In this document: one piece after another, positions 35,452 to 46,239 of the stretch
How positions within the stretch are numbered: position 1 is the first letter of the stretch
Layout: every line of letters starts with the position of its first letter
From: a virus
Lineage: Duplodnaviria; Caudoviricetes
DNA: 64,000 nt
IMG/VR virus record: IMGVR_UViG_2846802666_000001
Location: 1,549-65,548 of that record
Reading direction: 5' to 3' (one strand)
Program-made: the position numbers and the translations under genes
The notes under the pieces: generated by a model
Database searches by the model: none
Told to the model about the DNA's origin: nothing
What the model saw: the letters and a program-made list of their open reading frames with translations, nothing else

Positions 35452-35629
35452 GCATTGTAGGTATAGGCGTAAAATTGCCTACAAGTTACCAACCCGCCTC
35501 GCTCTGGGCGGATGCCTGTGAATGTCCGATGGTTTGAACCTAACGTTCAACGGTCGCCATCGCCATGGCAGGATTGAGCAGCCCTTGGGCAAGGCATCAT
35601 CCCTACCTTCGAGGGAGGGTGGGCGGATG

Positions 35630-35773
35630 CCACCCCCCTGGGTCAAGGGACCGTACCGGGCTTTCTTCCCCTGCGGGCCGGGACGACCCCAAAAAGCCGC
35701 CAGTCAAACAGTTGAAAAAATTGGGTTAACGGGGTTAACGGCGTTAACGCATGGGTTAACGGACGGGTTAACG
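35630..35773 (+). other. Putative cos site (cosQ/cosN/cosB-like)
   Basis: GGGACCGT...GGGCCGGGACGACCCC resembles lambda cosQ/cosN layout, then GTTAAC x5, immediately upstream of terS. Confidence 0.75.
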
Positions 35774-36379
35774 ATGAGCGATGTGATGTGGTCCATCGCG
35801 CAGATTGCTGCGCGGGACGGTGTTTCAAAGGCTGCTGTCTCCAAGACAGTCAAGAAATTATCGGAAGATCGACCGGATACACCAATCAAGCGCGGAGGGC
35901 AGGGTCAGGTGCTCGCGGTATCGCTTGCGCACTACGACCATTACCGCCAGCGCTTCGTCAACCCTGCCAAGGCTTACGCGCCCTTGCGGTTGCCAGATGA
36001 GCCGTCAGGACCGCGCACTGATGCGGAATTGCCGGTGCGGAACGAGGATAGTTTCGAGGAAGCCAAACGGCAGAACGAATGGCTGAAGCTTGGCCGCGAG
36101 AAAATCCGCCATCAGGAAGATTGCGACGAACTGCTTCGCAAGGACAAGGTCATCGAGGGCGTGACCAAAGCCGGCGGTGAAATTCTGGCGATCATCAAAC
36201 GGTTGCCGAACAGGGCCGACGCGCTGGCCTTGGCGGTTTCCAAGGAGGGTGTGCACGGTGTCCGATCCCTTCTTCGGCAGATCGCATTCGAGATGAGCAA
36301 CGATATTGCCGACAAGTTGGAGCAGATTGCTGAAAAATCGCCTGAGAGCGACCCGTTAATTGAGGACGAAGACGCGTGA
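35774..36379 (+). CDS. Terminase small subunit
   Basis: N-terminal HTH; overlaps TerL start. Confidence 0.85.
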   Translation: MSDVMWSIAQIAARDGVSKAAVSKTVKKLSEDRPDTPIKRGGQGQVLAVSLAHYDHYRQRFVNPAKAYAPLRLPDEPSGPRTDAELPVRNEDSFEEAKRQNEWLKLGREKIRHQEDCDELLRKDKVIEGVTKAGGEILAIIKRLPNRADALALAVSKEGVHGVRSLLRQIAFEMSNDIADKLEQIAEKSPESDPLIEDEDA

Positions 36380-38361
36380 CTGTTCATCCGGGTGGTATAC
36401 GAGCGGTCTCATCCGCCCTTGCGCGTGCCATCAGGCTACAGCCCCCTGTCCCATTCGACAAATGGCTAGCGAAAAACATCGTGCTGGTCGATGGGCCGAA
36501 GAAGGGCGAACTCTGGTCTGCGGAAGACGCTCCTTACCTGGTCGAGATCGCGCAGTGTCTTAGTCAGGAGCATCCCTGCACGGAAGTCACGGTTCGTAAA
36601 TCACAGCAGACCGGCGTTTCCATCCTCGCTCTTGCTTGGATGCTCTATATCGCCGAGAACTGCCCGGATAATTCGATTTACGGCGTGCCCGGTCTTGATG
36701 CCTTGCAGGATATCAACTCTGGTAAGCTTCAGCCTTTGATTGATGCGTGGCAGCGGCACACGAAAAAGCAGGTTATTCAGCCGACGACCAGCCGCTCTGG
36801 TGTCGGTTCGACCACTTACGAAAAGAAGTTTCCGGGCGGAACACTCTATCTCGCTAACGCCAACACCGTCATGGACCTTTCGGCCAAAACGACGCGCTTC
36901 GGCGTGAAAGACGAAGTGTCGAAATGGCAGGCTTTGCCGAATGGTGCCGACCCGGAGAATCTTTTCTTTGGACGTTTCACGGCGTTTCGTCGCCAGAAGA
37001 CTTACAAAATTTTTGGCCTTTCAACGCCAGAGCTCGATAGTGGCCATACTCTTGGTGAAGGGCCGGGGCATTGCCGGATAGATCGTGATTTTCGCCGGTC
37101 GGATCAGCGGTGGTGGTATATCCGTTGCCCGGAGTGCGGAAAGGAACAGGTTCAGAGAGACGCATATCTCCTGATCGACAAGCTTCACTTGCATAAAACC
37201 GTCATGCAGTGCCAGCACTGTGAGCATCATATTTCGGAGATGGAGCGCGTTGTCGCTGTGCGCGAAGGTCGATACATCCCGACCTTTACTGGCCCAGACA
37301 GGCATCCCGGCTTTCATGTCGATGCCTTCATGTCGTTGATGATGTCGTATGGCGACATTGCTGAAGACAAACTCAAGTGTGAGGGCAAGGGCGAGGCCGG
37401 CGCGAAGGACTATAGCAACCTGATCTGCGGTTTACCGTATCAGATGAAGGGTAATGCTCCTGACCATAAGCGACTTATGGAGCGCCGGGAAAATTACCTT
37501 GCAGGCACAATCCCCGCCGGTGGATTGCTATTCGTCGCTGGCGCGGACGTCCAGTCTTACGGCATTTACTGCGAGGGCGTTGTCTTCGCAGAAGATCGGC
37601 AGAGCTGGAATGTTTTCGCTGAGTTCTTCGAGGGTGCGACCGATAATCCGCAAGCCGGTGCGTGGCTCTTACTCGAAGAATTCTGCGAGCAGGAGTTTCC
37701 GGATAGCCATGGTGTTTTGCGCAAGGTCGAAGCGTTGGCTGTCGACAGTGGGTATCGGCCTACTCAGGTGCTCGAATGGTGCCGGCGGCGTCCGAACGCG
37801 TATGCGATCAAAGGCATGCCAGGACGCGGCGTCGCTGCGATCAGCCCACCGGTGCGCAAATCGGTAAACAAGCGCGGCAAACGCAAGCGGCACGGCTCGG
37901 CTATGTCATGGCCGGTTGGCACATGGGCGCTGAAAGCGGAGTTCTACGGGAACCTTCACAAGACTGGTTTGCGTTCGGGCGAAGCGACAGATCCTCCAGG
38001 CTATTGCCATTTCCATATGGAACTGGGCGAGGAGTATTTTCAGCAGCTGACTGCGGAATACTTCAGCCAGAAGATGGTGAAGGGCAAACTGCACGAAGAG
38101 TGGATGCCCCGTCGCGAGCATAACCACTTCCTCGATTGCCGCATCTACGCGATGGCGATGGCCGAGCATCTCGGTATTTCTCGCCTGACGAAAAGCCAGT
38201 GGGCTGCGCTGCGCGCGAAACATGAACCGGCGACACCCGTCGATCTCCTGTCGCCGGAAAGCCAGCAAGTGGCAGAGAGGGTATCGCCGGAGGAAGCTCC
38301 GGTAGCGCCGTCTCCGCCAGTAAAGAAGCCAGCAGAAAACAGGTGGGCGAAAAGACGATGA
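36376..38361 (+). CDS. Terminase large subunit (lambda gpA family)
   Basis: VRKSQQTGVS Walker A, DEV, LSTP, CPECG, GADVQ, AVDSGY and NHFLDCRIYA. Confidence 0.95.
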   Translation: MTVHPGGIRAVSSALARAIRLQPPVPFDKWLAKNIVLVDGPKKGELWSAEDAPYLVEIAQCLSQEHPCTEVTVRKSQQTGVSILALAWMLYIAENCPDNSIYGVPGLDALQDINSGKLQPLIDAWQRHTKKQVIQPTTSRSGVGSTTYEKKFPGGTLYLANANTVMDLSAKTTRFGVKDEVSKWQALPNGADPENLFFGRFTAFRRQKTYKIFGLSTPELDSGHTLGEGPGHCRIDRDFRRSDQRWWYIRCPECGKEQVQRDAYLLIDKLHLHKTVMQCQHCEHHISEMERVVAVREGRYIPTFTGPDRHPGFHVDAFMSLMMSYGDIAEDKLKCEGKGEAGAKDYSNLICGLPYQMKGNAPDHKRLMERRENYLAGTIPAGGLLFVAGADVQSYGIYCEGVVFAEDRQSWNVFAEFFEGATDNPQAGAWLLLEEFCEQEFPDSHGVLRKVEALAVDSGYRPTQVLEWCRRRPNAYAIKGMPGRGVAAISPPVRKSVNKRGKRKRHGSAMSWPVGTWALKAEFYGNLHKTGLRSGEATDPPGYCHFHMELGEEYFQQLTAEYFSQKMVKGKLHEEWMPRREHNHFLDCRIYAMAMAEHLGISRLTKSQWAALRAKHEPATPVDLLSPESQQVAERVSPEEAPVAPSPPVKKPAENRWAKRR

Positions 38362-39974
38362 CGGAAAAGATGCGGGTGCGGGTTAAGGCTGGCAGTGTTT
38401 CTGTTCCTGCCGGAAATCCGTCCCAGCATCGGAGCCGGTCTGCATATCTTCGGGATACGCAGTCCGGCGTCATCAAGGCGCGTCCCGCGTCACTGCGGGA
38501 ACATCGCGATGAAATCCGCCGGGTCTGGGTTCGCGCGGCCGGTCTCGCCATGGACATGCTGCAAAACTCTGGTCGGCTGCGCGGCGCCGCCGACCAGATC
38601 CTTGCTGATACCGTTGGTGTGGAGCTTCAGTTGAATCCTCGACCGGATCTCTCTCGGTTCGGTTATTCGGCGGCTGAAGCTGTCGAATGGACACGGGTCG
38701 TCAAAGCGCGGTGGAAAATCTATGCGTGGAACCCTCTGGAGTGCGATTTCCGCGGCAAGCTGACCAATCCGCAACAGACAGACGTTGGCCTAAGAAACTG
38801 GTTGGCATTCGGTGAGAGTGTTGGGGTTGTCTCCTATCTTCCGCAGCGGGAGAGATTGCCGGGAACCAGGACAGGGACGAAATTCCTTCTTCTGTCGCCG
38901 TCGCGGCTGGTGCAGGACACGAACGAGTTTGAAGGGCTCTATCAGGGTGTTGTCCATGATGCGTATGGACGGCCAACGCATTATCGCTTTGAGGAAAAGC
39001 GGGCGGGGATAACCCAAAAGGTCGACTTTGTTGCTCGCGATGCTGAAGGCCGCCAGCTGGTCATGCATGCCTTTGATCCATTCGGGGCAGATGACGTTCG
39101 CGGGCTATCACCGTTGGCGCCAACGTTTCGCAAGTATCTAATGGCGGAAAACACAGATGACGCTACGGCCCAGATCCGGTTTCTCCAGACGATCTATTCT
39201 GCGGTTCTGAAAAGTGACCGGCCGAGTGCCGAGGCTTTCGAAGCGCTGGAGAGCATGAAGGAAAGTGGCGCAGAAGGAGTTGATGAGATTGCGTCGGATT
39301 TTGTGCACTACTTCAAAGCTCAGCTGGATCGCGCTGCTGAATCGGAATTGAGGATTGGCGCCGGCGCCGGTGTTTCGCATCTTGCTCCCGGAGAAGACCT
39401 GGAGTTCAAGTCGATTACGGCCCCCGGGGCTGATTTCCCGGACTTCATGGCGTCGTTGCATCGCGAGACGGCAAGAGCGCTCGGTATATCCTACGGCGGG
39501 TACACGCTGGACTATACCAAAGCGACTTACGCCAGCACGAACATGGAAAACTCTGCGCTCTGGCCGATTGCACAGCGCCGGACTGACCGCATCGCGTCGC
39601 CGCACGTCCTTGTGCCTTACGCCAGTTGGCTTGATGAGCAGATCGGCGAAGGACTAATCGAGTTCAAGGGTGGCTACGAGGCTTTCAGTGCCAATCGCGA
39701 CGCTGTCCTTTGGGCGGTCTGTCAAGGACCTTCAAAGCCTACCGCAGATGATCTGAAGCGTGCGAACGCGGCAAGTGAGCGCATCGCCAACGGTACCGGC
39801 ATGCTGGAGCGTGAGTGTGCCGAGAACGGGGACGATCCGGAAGAAGTCTTCGAAAGCCGAGTTCTCTGGCATAATCGCTACATATCAGCCGGTCTGCCTT
39901 CACCTTTCGAACGGGGGTACGGCGGAAAACCATCATCGAGCGAAGACGAGCAGAAAGAAACGGTGACCGCATGA
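38358..39974 (+). CDS. Portal protein (lambda family)
   Basis: QGVVHDAYGRPTHY, VRGLSPLAP, HLAPGEDL and DYTKATYAS. Confidence 0.9.
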   Translation: MTEKMRVRVKAGSVSVPAGNPSQHRSRSAYLRDTQSGVIKARPASLREHRDEIRRVWVRAAGLAMDMLQNSGRLRGAADQILADTVGVELQLNPRPDLSRFGYSAAEAVEWTRVVKARWKIYAWNPLECDFRGKLTNPQQTDVGLRNWLAFGESVGVVSYLPQRERLPGTRTGTKFLLLSPSRLVQDTNEFEGLYQGVVHDAYGRPTHYRFEEKRAGITQKVDFVARDAEGRQLVMHAFDPFGADDVRGLSPLAPTFRKYLMAENTDDATAQIRFLQTIYSAVLKSDRPSAEAFEALESMKESGAEGVDEIASDFVHYFKAQLDRAAESELRIGAGAGVSHLAPGEDLEFKSITAPGADFPDFMASLHRETARALGISYGGYTLDYTKATYASTNMENSALWPIAQRRTDRIASPHVLVPYASWLDEQIGEGLIEFKGGYEAFSANRDAVLWAVCQGPSKPTADDLKRANAASERIANGTGMLERECAENGDDPEEVFESRVLWHNRYISAGLPSPFERGYGGKPSSSEDEQKETVTA

Positions 39975-40237
39975 CGACGATCATCATCGGCGGTTTGCCT
40001 GTCGATCCCGAGGATCCTTGCGCGATGTATGCGGCTCTAGCGGCCGCGAAAGCAAAGCGGCTTGCCGGGGAGCAGGTTGAGGAAAGTGAAATTCGCTCTC
40101 CCGTGATGCAGCAGCGCATCAAGGTCGCCTCGAGCAGCATCGCAGACATCGACAAGGAACTCGTTCGCCTGCAGGCGGCTTGCCAAGCCAAAACGACAGG
40201 TTGCCGTCCTGCACGGCGCTGGAATTTGAGATTTTGA
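39971..40237 (+). CDS. gpW-like head completion protein
   Basis: Small ORF between portal and protease. Confidence 0.55.
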   Translation: MTTIIIGGLPVDPEDPCAMYAALAAAKAKRLAGEQVEESEIRSPVMQQRIKVASSSIADIDKELVRLQAACQAKTTGCRPARRWNLRF

Positions 40238-40279
40238 AAGACCGGCGCCAATAAGTCGCCCTCTCAAAGGAAAATCATC

Positions 40280-41332
40280 ATGGCCGTTCTCGTTAATGGC
40301 GAACTCGTCTTGTACGGGTTTGTTGGCGATAACTATTGGGACATGGGCTTTACAGCCCGTGAAGTCATAGAAGCTTTGGCGGAGGTTGGGCGGGAAGCCG
40401 ATATCACCGTCCGGCTCAACTCAGGTGGTGGATATACCGACGACGGTGTCTCCATCTTTAACGCCCTGAAAACCCACAAGGGCAAAGTCACCGTTATTGT
40501 CGACGCGGTTGCCTTCTCCAGCGCATCTTTGATCGCCATGGCCGGTGAGGAACGCATCATGCGCAAGGGTGCAATGATGATGATCCACGATCCATCCGGC
40601 GGTGTCTGGGGCACCGCGCAGGATATGGAGAGTTACACCAAGTTTCTTCAAAAGCAGGCCGAAAGCATGGCCGGCATCTATGCCGACGTTACCGGCGAAG
40701 ATGCTGATGACATTCGCGAGGAAATGAAAGCCGAGCTTTGGTTGACCGCCGAAGAGGCTGTCGAGCGTGGCTTCGCAACTTCCGTCGCCGATACAAAGAG
40801 TAAGGCCGTAGCAGCCCACGATTACCGCGTGTACTCGCAGGCGCCAGAACGGCTTGTTGCCATGGCAACCAAGAAAAACTGGTCTCACGATGAGGCCAGA
40901 CCAAAGGCCATGGCGTCCGCCACGGCACCCAACCGTCAACCCGAAAAGGATCCTGAAATGACGGAAAAGCCCAAGGCGGACGATAAAGCCGCCGATATCG
41001 AAGCCGCCAAGGCTGAGGCCGGTAAAGTTGCTGTCGCGGCCTATCAGACGCGCCGCAAGAATGTGATGGCGCTGGAAGAAGCGAAGGGCCGTGAAGCACT
41101 TGCTGAAACCCTGATCGACACAGGCCTGACCGAAGACGCGATCAAGGGTGCACTCGCTGCGGCTCCGAAAGCCGTCGCTGCGCAGCCCGGTGGCAAGCCG
41201 CAGGCCTCCGCCTATGAGCAGCAGCGCGTAGCAGCTGCAAATCTCGCCCAGCCCGATGGCGGTAAATCGACCGACGCGGACACCCGTGCAGTCATGCGCG
41301 CATCGGTCGATCGTCTCAACAAGCGCCGGTAA
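40280..41332 (+). CDS. ClpP-like prohead protease/scaffold
   Basis: RLNSGGG, AFSSASLIAMAG and MMIHDPS; Ala-rich scaffold tail. Confidence 0.92.
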   Translation: MAVLVNGELVLYGFVGDNYWDMGFTAREVIEALAEVGREADITVRLNSGGGYTDDGVSIFNALKTHKGKVTVIVDAVAFSSASLIAMAGEERIMRKGAMMMIHDPSGGVWGTAQDMESYTKFLQKQAESMAGIYADVTGEDADDIREEMKAELWLTAEEAVERGFATSVADTKSKAVAAHDYRVYSQAPERLVAMATKKNWSHDEARPKAMASATAPNRQPEKDPEMTEKPKADDKAADIEAAKAEAGKVAVAAYQTRRKNVMALEEAKGREALAETLIDTGLTEDAIKGALAAAPKAVAAQPGGKPQASAYEQQRVAAANLAQPDGGKSTDADTRAVMRASVDRLNKRR

Positions 41333-41347
41333 CAGGAGGTCGCTTCC

Positions 41348-41719
41348 ATGGTTGTTCTTACGGAAAACCTGCGCCGCACGGCGCACTACATCGTCTCGGA
41401 GGCCAACGGCTTCCGGTCTCGCGAAACTGGCATTATCGCTTCAGGGAGCGGCAAAGTCGAACCTGGTGCTGTTCTGGGTCGCATTACCGCCTCCAAAAAG
41501 CTTGTGCCTATCGCACCTGCTGCCGCTGACGGCTCTCAAAACGCCGCCGCTATCCTGTTCGAGGGGTGCGATGCGGCCGCGGCGGATGTTCGCCGCACGA
41601 TAACCGCACGCGACACCGAGGTACAGGCCGCCGTTCTGGTCTGGCCTGCCGGCACCACAGACGCCCAGAAAACCGCCGCGCTCGCCCAGCTTGCCGCGCT
41701 CGGCATCGCAGCCCGATAA
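41348..41719 (+). CDS. Head decoration protein (lambda D-like)
   Basis: SEANGFRSRE...GAVLGRIT...DGSQNAAAIL. Confidence 0.85.
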   Translation: MVVLTENLRRTAHYIVSEANGFRSRETGIIASGSGKVEPGAVLGRITASKKLVPIAPAAADGSQNAAAILFEGCDAAAADVRRTITARDTEVQAAVLVWPAGTTDAQKTAALAQLAALGIAAR

Positions 41720-41732
41720 GGAGGGGCGACCA

Positions 41733-42761
41733 ATGGCACTTGTTGCAGATATTTTTGGCCAGAACGCATGGGGCGTTATCGAGGTACAGGAAGAGATCGT
41801 CGAGCGGGTCGATTTCAAGCCCCAGCTTCTCGGCAGCCTCAACCTCTTTTCCTCGATCTATTCACGCTCGCGCATGATTGGCATCGTCGATCGGAACGGG
41901 GCCATGACCCTGATCCCGACCTCGCCGAACGGTGCCCCTCCGGAAGAACTCATTCCTAAGGGCGCAAAGGTTCGAACAATGGAGGCAGTTCGCCTGGCAA
42001 AGGGATCGACCGTGTATGCGATCGAACTCGCCGGCGTTGCGGCCCTGCCGTTCGAAGACCAGACCAAGGAGGTGGTAGACGAAATCACCGACCGCACAGG
42101 CCAGATCAAGGATGATCTTGAACTGACGTGGGAACATATGCGTTTCGGCGCTATTCAGGGTAAGGTTCTCGATGCCGACGGTACAACGGTTCTTGTCGAC
42201 TGGTACAATTTCTGGGGCATTGCCGAGCCTGCGGAGATCGACTTCGAGCTCGATGATCCCGCGACCGACGTTCGCAAAAAGTGCCGCGACGTCAAACGCG
42301 AGATGCAGAAAAACGCCAAAGGCGTCTGGACCCCGAACACCAAAGTCGGCTCGCTTGTCGGCGATACCTTCTTCGATTCTCTGGTCAACCACCCGAGCAT
42401 CAAGGAAACGAAGCTCGGTACCGATCGTGCTCCGACCCTGGAGAATATTGAAGGTTATTCGTCGATCGAGATCGAGGGGATCGTCTTCATCAATTACCAG
42501 GGCACGGATGATGAAACCACGATCGCCGTTGGTACCGACAAGGCCCGGTTTTTCCCCATCGGTGCACGCGGCGCGTTTCAGGTTGGCTGGGCGCCCGCAA
42601 GCGAGTTCAAACCTTATTTGAACAAGCGCGGCCAGGAGTTCTATGGGCTCTTGCTTTCGGATGTCTCTGGCCGTGACGAATGGGACCGCATCGAGATTTA
42701 CAGTTACCCGCTGTTTATATGCACGCGTCCCGAAATGCTACTGCGCGCGAAAGCCTTCTGA
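41733..42761 (+). CDS. Major capsid protein (lambda E family)
   Basis: LTWEHMRFGAIQGKVLDADG and YSYPLFICTRPE. Confidence 0.92.
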   Translation: MALVADIFGQNAWGVIEVQEEIVERVDFKPQLLGSLNLFSSIYSRSRMIGIVDRNGAMTLIPTSPNGAPPEELIPKGAKVRTMEAVRLAKGSTVYAIELAGVAALPFEDQTKEVVDEITDRTGQIKDDLELTWEHMRFGAIQGKVLDADGTTVLVDWYNFWGIAEPAEIDFELDDPATDVRKKCRDVKREMQKNAKGVWTPNTKVGSLVGDTFFDSLVNHPSIKETKLGTDRAPTLENIEGYSSIEIEGIVFINYQGTDDETTIAVGTDKARFFPIGARGAFQVGWAPASEFKPYLNKRGQEFYGLLLSDVSGRDEWDRIEIYSYPLFICTRPEMLLRAKAF

Positions 42762-42797
42762 TCGGAGGCCTTCCGCTCACTTTGAGGAGATCATGAC

Positions 42798-43019
42798 ATG
42801 CCGCAAAAAGTGGTTACAGAAGCCGGGTTCTATGCAGGCAAATTCCTGAAACCCGGTCAGTCTTACGATGGTGACGAGGGCGACGAGAGTTCTGTTGACC
42901 TCAACACGTTGACGAAGGACGAATTGATCGCCGAGGCGTCCCGCCTCGGCATTACCGTCTCTTCGAGCAGCACGAAGGCCGACATCGTCGCGGCCATTGC
43001 GGCTGGCAACCATGGTTGA
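42798..43019 (+). CDS. Small protein with SAP/Rho-N-like tail
   Basis: LNTLTKDELIAEASRLGI...KADIVAAI. Confidence 0.6.
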   Translation: MPQKVVTEAGFYAGKFLKPGQSYDGDEGDESSVDLNTLTKDELIAEASRLGITVSSSSTKADIVAAIAAGNHG

Positions 43020-43413
43020 TTGGGAAGCCGCGCGGGCCTTCACGGAAGCCGCCTGCGCGGCAACCTTTGACACCAAGCCCTGCCGCCTCATTGCGAGGCG
43101 ACCGGGCGCCACCGTCAATCATAAGGAAGAAGATGATCCGTCACGCGTGCCGTTCGATTGCATGGCGTCGATCGATCTTGAACCAACGAGCGACATCATC
43201 AGACGGTATCCTTCGTCTGATCCTCAATCCGGAAACGGACCTGTTTCCTATGACGCCGTCGTGACGGCCCATATTGGTGACTGGCCATGGCTACCCAAAA
43301 TGGGTGATCAAATCCTGATCATCGGAAAACGGTGGCGCGTTGAAGCCGCCCGAAGGGACGGATCAAGCAGACCGGCATGGTTTGTCTCGGAGGTGAGAAA
43401 TGCTGGCAGCTGA
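43012..43413 (+). CDS. Head-tail joining protein
   Basis: Position after capsid; PKMGDQILI...WRV. Confidence 0.6.
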   Translation: MVDWEAARAFTEAACAATFDTKPCRLIARRPGATVNHKEEDDPSRVPFDCMASIDLEPTSDIIRRYPSSDPQSGNGPVSYDAVVTAHIGDWPWLPKMGDQILIIGKRWRVEAARRDGSSRPAWFVSEVRNAGS

Positions 43414-44131
43414 AGCAGTCAGATTGCTGACGGTGGAACTGTTGCGCCCCACAGGGATACCAGTGGGCGGCAACTTCCCGACGTTGGCAGGTCCTCGGGT
43501 TTATGACAGCCGCGGCGCGACGCTCACCGAGCTTGATCAAGAGCGCGATTACACGCCAGTCCTTGCTGTCTACACGCACGAGAGTGCGGTCGAAGCGGCT
43601 GGCCCCGCCTCTGGGTTCAACGACAGTGAAGCTTCCGTCGTTCTCCACGTCGTGGCCGAACTGGCTGTATCCACCAGCGATGGTGTCGGTTCCTCGCCAT
43701 TCGTCGATGCGATGGCGGACACCGATGCAGAAGCGCGGCTTGTCCTTGCCGCATTGGTTGCGCAGGTCCGGCGCGTTCTGCAGTTCAGCGCTGCGGGTGT
43801 CGGGTGGCGTCGACTTGTGAAACAAGTTCTGCAGGTGGAAGAAAAAACACACGCCATTCCGGAATTCGGTCTCCGGTTTCAGCGGATTTTCTGCACCTTC
43901 AAGCTTGCCGTAAGCGACGATGACTTTGATATGTCGCGTCCAGGCCTGCCTGACCCGCTAGGTTCTGTCGCCGCCGATCTCCCTGAGGGGAGTTATGCAA
44001 AGGCGAAACTCGCGGAGCTCGCCTCTCATTTTGCCGCCGAAAACCCTGATCAGCTTCGCATCATCCGAGGTGTAGCATCCGGGCCCGGCGGCGTATCGCT
44101 TCCAATCGGTCAAGACGACCTGATCCCCTGA
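43400..44131 (+). CDS. Tail completion/terminator-like protein
   Basis: TLAGPRVYDSR; precedes sheath. Confidence 0.6.
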   Translation: MLAAEAVRLLTVELLRPTGIPVGGNFPTLAGPRVYDSRGATLTELDQERDYTPVLAVYTHESAVEAAGPASGFNDSEASVVLHVVAELAVSTSDGVGSSPFVDAMADTDAEARLVLAALVAQVRRVLQFSAAGVGWRRLVKQVLQVEEKTHAIPEFGLRFQRIFCTFKLAVSDDDFDMSRPGLPDPLGSVAADLPEGSYAKAKLAELASHFAAENPDQLRIIRGVASGPGGVSLPIGQDDLIP

Positions 44132-44144
44132 TCGGAGATTATTC

Positions 44145-44327
44145 ATGTGCAAGATTTACGTGGCCGCCGCAGGGCGCGCCATCCCTCGCGGCTGGCCCGA
44201 TGAGGGGCGGCCGATTGATCCGCTGTCGCGCCAGCATCGTCGCATGATCGAGACCGGTGACCTGGTCGAAAAAGAAGTGGCGGCGGCGACGCCTGTCGAA
44301 CCCGTAAAACCGACCAGGAAGGATTGA
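44145..44327 (+). CDS. Mu gp38/DUF2635-like small protein
   Basis: WPDEGRP...RRMIETGDLV directly before sheath. Confidence 0.6.
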   Translation: MCKIYVAAAGRAIPRGWPDEGRPIDPLSRQHRRMIETGDLVEKEVAAATPVEPVKPTRKD

Positions 44328-44331
44328 TCCG

Positions 44332-45810
44332 ATGGTGAACAACATTCCCGACAATATCGTCGCACCGCTGCTTGCCTTCGACATCGAGTCCGGCGGGCAG
44401 TTTTCCAGCGAATTGAACGAAATCCTTATCGGCTTTGGCACCGCCGGCGCAGCGCTCGGTGAAGGCCAGATCGCCATCTGCGGCACGGTCAATGAGGCTC
44501 GCCGCCTCGCTGGCCGTGGTTCGATGTTGGAAAGCATGTTCATCCGCGCCCGCAAGAATGCCCCGGCGCAGGTGATTTACCTTTGTCGTGTAGCAGATGC
44601 CGGCACTGCTGAAATCCGCACGATGACGGTCGGCGCCGTGCCTGCTTCCGGTGGTCAGGCTGTGGTGCAGATCGCTGGTGAGAGCGTGTCGATCGATATC
44701 GCGGCCGGGACTTCGGCAAACGATACCGCCGCCGCGCTGGCGACCGCGATCAACGCCTACTTCAATCCGCTCTCGAAAAAGAGCCTGCCTTTTACGGCGG
44801 TCGCGGCGGCGAACGTAGTCACCGTCACGGCGCGCCACAAAGGCGTTTATGCCGCTGGCCTTGATATCTTCATTCCAGTCCTGGAAGGCGGCAACGTTTT
44901 CACCGGCGCTAACCTGACGATGGCGACGACAACGCCGGGTGCTGGCAATCCAGACCTCTCAGCAATCCTCGCTGCAATGGGCGACGATCCTTTCGAAGCG
45001 ATCGTTTCCGCCTTCAGTGACGCTGCCAGCGTGGCGTTGCTTGACGCTTTCGTCACGTCACGCTGGGGTTATGACCAACAGTTGTATGGTCATGCGTTCT
45101 ATCCCTTCACGGGAACCGACAGCCAGATCACCGCAAAAGGTCTGGCGCTGGACAGCTGGCATCTTTCCCTCATCCCGATCTTGTCGGGTGGCGGAAACGG
45201 CACGCCCGATTACGAGCGGGTCAGCGCCGACGTGTCGAGGGTGTTGCCCATGTTGGGTTCAGGATCCGATGGTCGCGTCTCTGCAAACCAGTCTGGTCTG
45301 GTCGTCGTCGGCGTAATCGCTCCGCGCGACCGGAATTACTGGCCCGACTATCCGACGCGCAACGGTTGGCTGCAGAACGGCGTCTCGGCCTGGAAGGTGG
45401 ATCGTAGCGGCGATGTTGTGATCGACAAGATCATCACACAGCAGCAGACGACGAACGGTGTTCCGGATACGGCACTTCGCGATATTCAGGCGGTCTACCA
45501 GTTGACCTATGCGCTCAAGTTCATTCGCTCGCAGCTGGCTTACGAGCACAGCAACAAGGCGATTGCCAATGACAACCCGGCAAACCTGCCGAGCATCGTG
45601 ACCGTGCGGGATATCAAGTCGACGCTGGTGCATGCCTGCATCGACCTTTCCCGTCGCGGCGTGCTGGAATTCGGTAACGACATCGCTGGACAGATCACGG
45701 TTACTCGCAACCTCGATAATCCGAACCGGGTCGATATCGTCCTTCCGATGGACCGCGTGAACCCGCTCGACATCTTCGCCGGGCTTGCCCGCGTCTACGC
45801 CCAAATCTGA
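44332..45810 (+). CDS. Tail sheath protein (Mu gpL-like)
   Basis: AGRGSMLESM, VTVTARHKG, GAGNPDL and NPNRVD. Confidence 0.93.
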   Translation: MVNNIPDNIVAPLLAFDIESGGQFSSELNEILIGFGTAGAALGEGQIAICGTVNEARRLAGRGSMLESMFIRARKNAPAQVIYLCRVADAGTAEIRTMTVGAVPASGGQAVVQIAGESVSIDIAAGTSANDTAAALATAINAYFNPLSKKSLPFTAVAAANVVTVTARHKGVYAAGLDIFIPVLEGGNVFTGANLTMATTTPGAGNPDLSAILAAMGDDPFEAIVSAFSDAASVALLDAFVTSRWGYDQQLYGHAFYPFTGTDSQITAKGLALDSWHLSLIPILSGGGNGTPDYERVSADVSRVLPMLGSGSDGRVSANQSGLVVVGVIAPRDRNYWPDYPTRNGWLQNGVSAWKVDRSGDVVIDKIITQQQTTNGVPDTALRDIQAVYQLTYALKFIRSQLAYEHSNKAIANDNPANLPSIVTVRDIKSTLVHACIDLSRRGVLEFGNDIAGQITVTRNLDNPNRVDIVLPMDRVNPLDIFAGLARVYAQI

Positions 45811-45858
45811 GGCGGTTTCCGCCTCTTCTTTCTTTGACCCCATCTGCGGAGAATATCG

Positions 45859-46230
45859 ATGGCAGGAAACGATTTCGGCGGGCGGATGACCGTTCGCCTT
45901 GCGAGTAGCGCGCTTCTCGCTTTGCGCGGCAATTTCACGGTCTTGTCGGCGGGACAGTCAAACGAGACTGTCACCAATCAGGACGGATCGACGGATCGCG
46001 TGGGAACTCCTACGGCACCCCGTGCCGAGGTGACATTCAAGGATGCCAGCGATGTCGATTTCAACGCGCTGATGACTGCGGCGCGCCAGAACTTCACCAT
46101 CCTGGAGGAGTTTACCGGCGTGACACATTATTTCTTCAACGCCTTCTTCAGCGGAGAGCCGAGTTCCAACCGTCTCAACGGCGAACTGTCTGGTCTTCAG
46201 ATCGTCGGCGAAACCTATCGGCGGGGATAA
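45859..46230 (+). CDS. Tail tube protein
   Basis: 123 aa, directly after sheath. Confidence 0.8.
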   Translation: MAGNDFGGRMTVRLASSALLALRGNFTVLSAGQSNETVTNQDGSTDRVGTPTAPRAEVTFKDASDVDFNALMTAARQNFTILEEFTGVTHYFFNAFFSGEPSSNRLNGELSGLQIVGETYRRG

Positions 46231-46239
46231 TGTATCGCT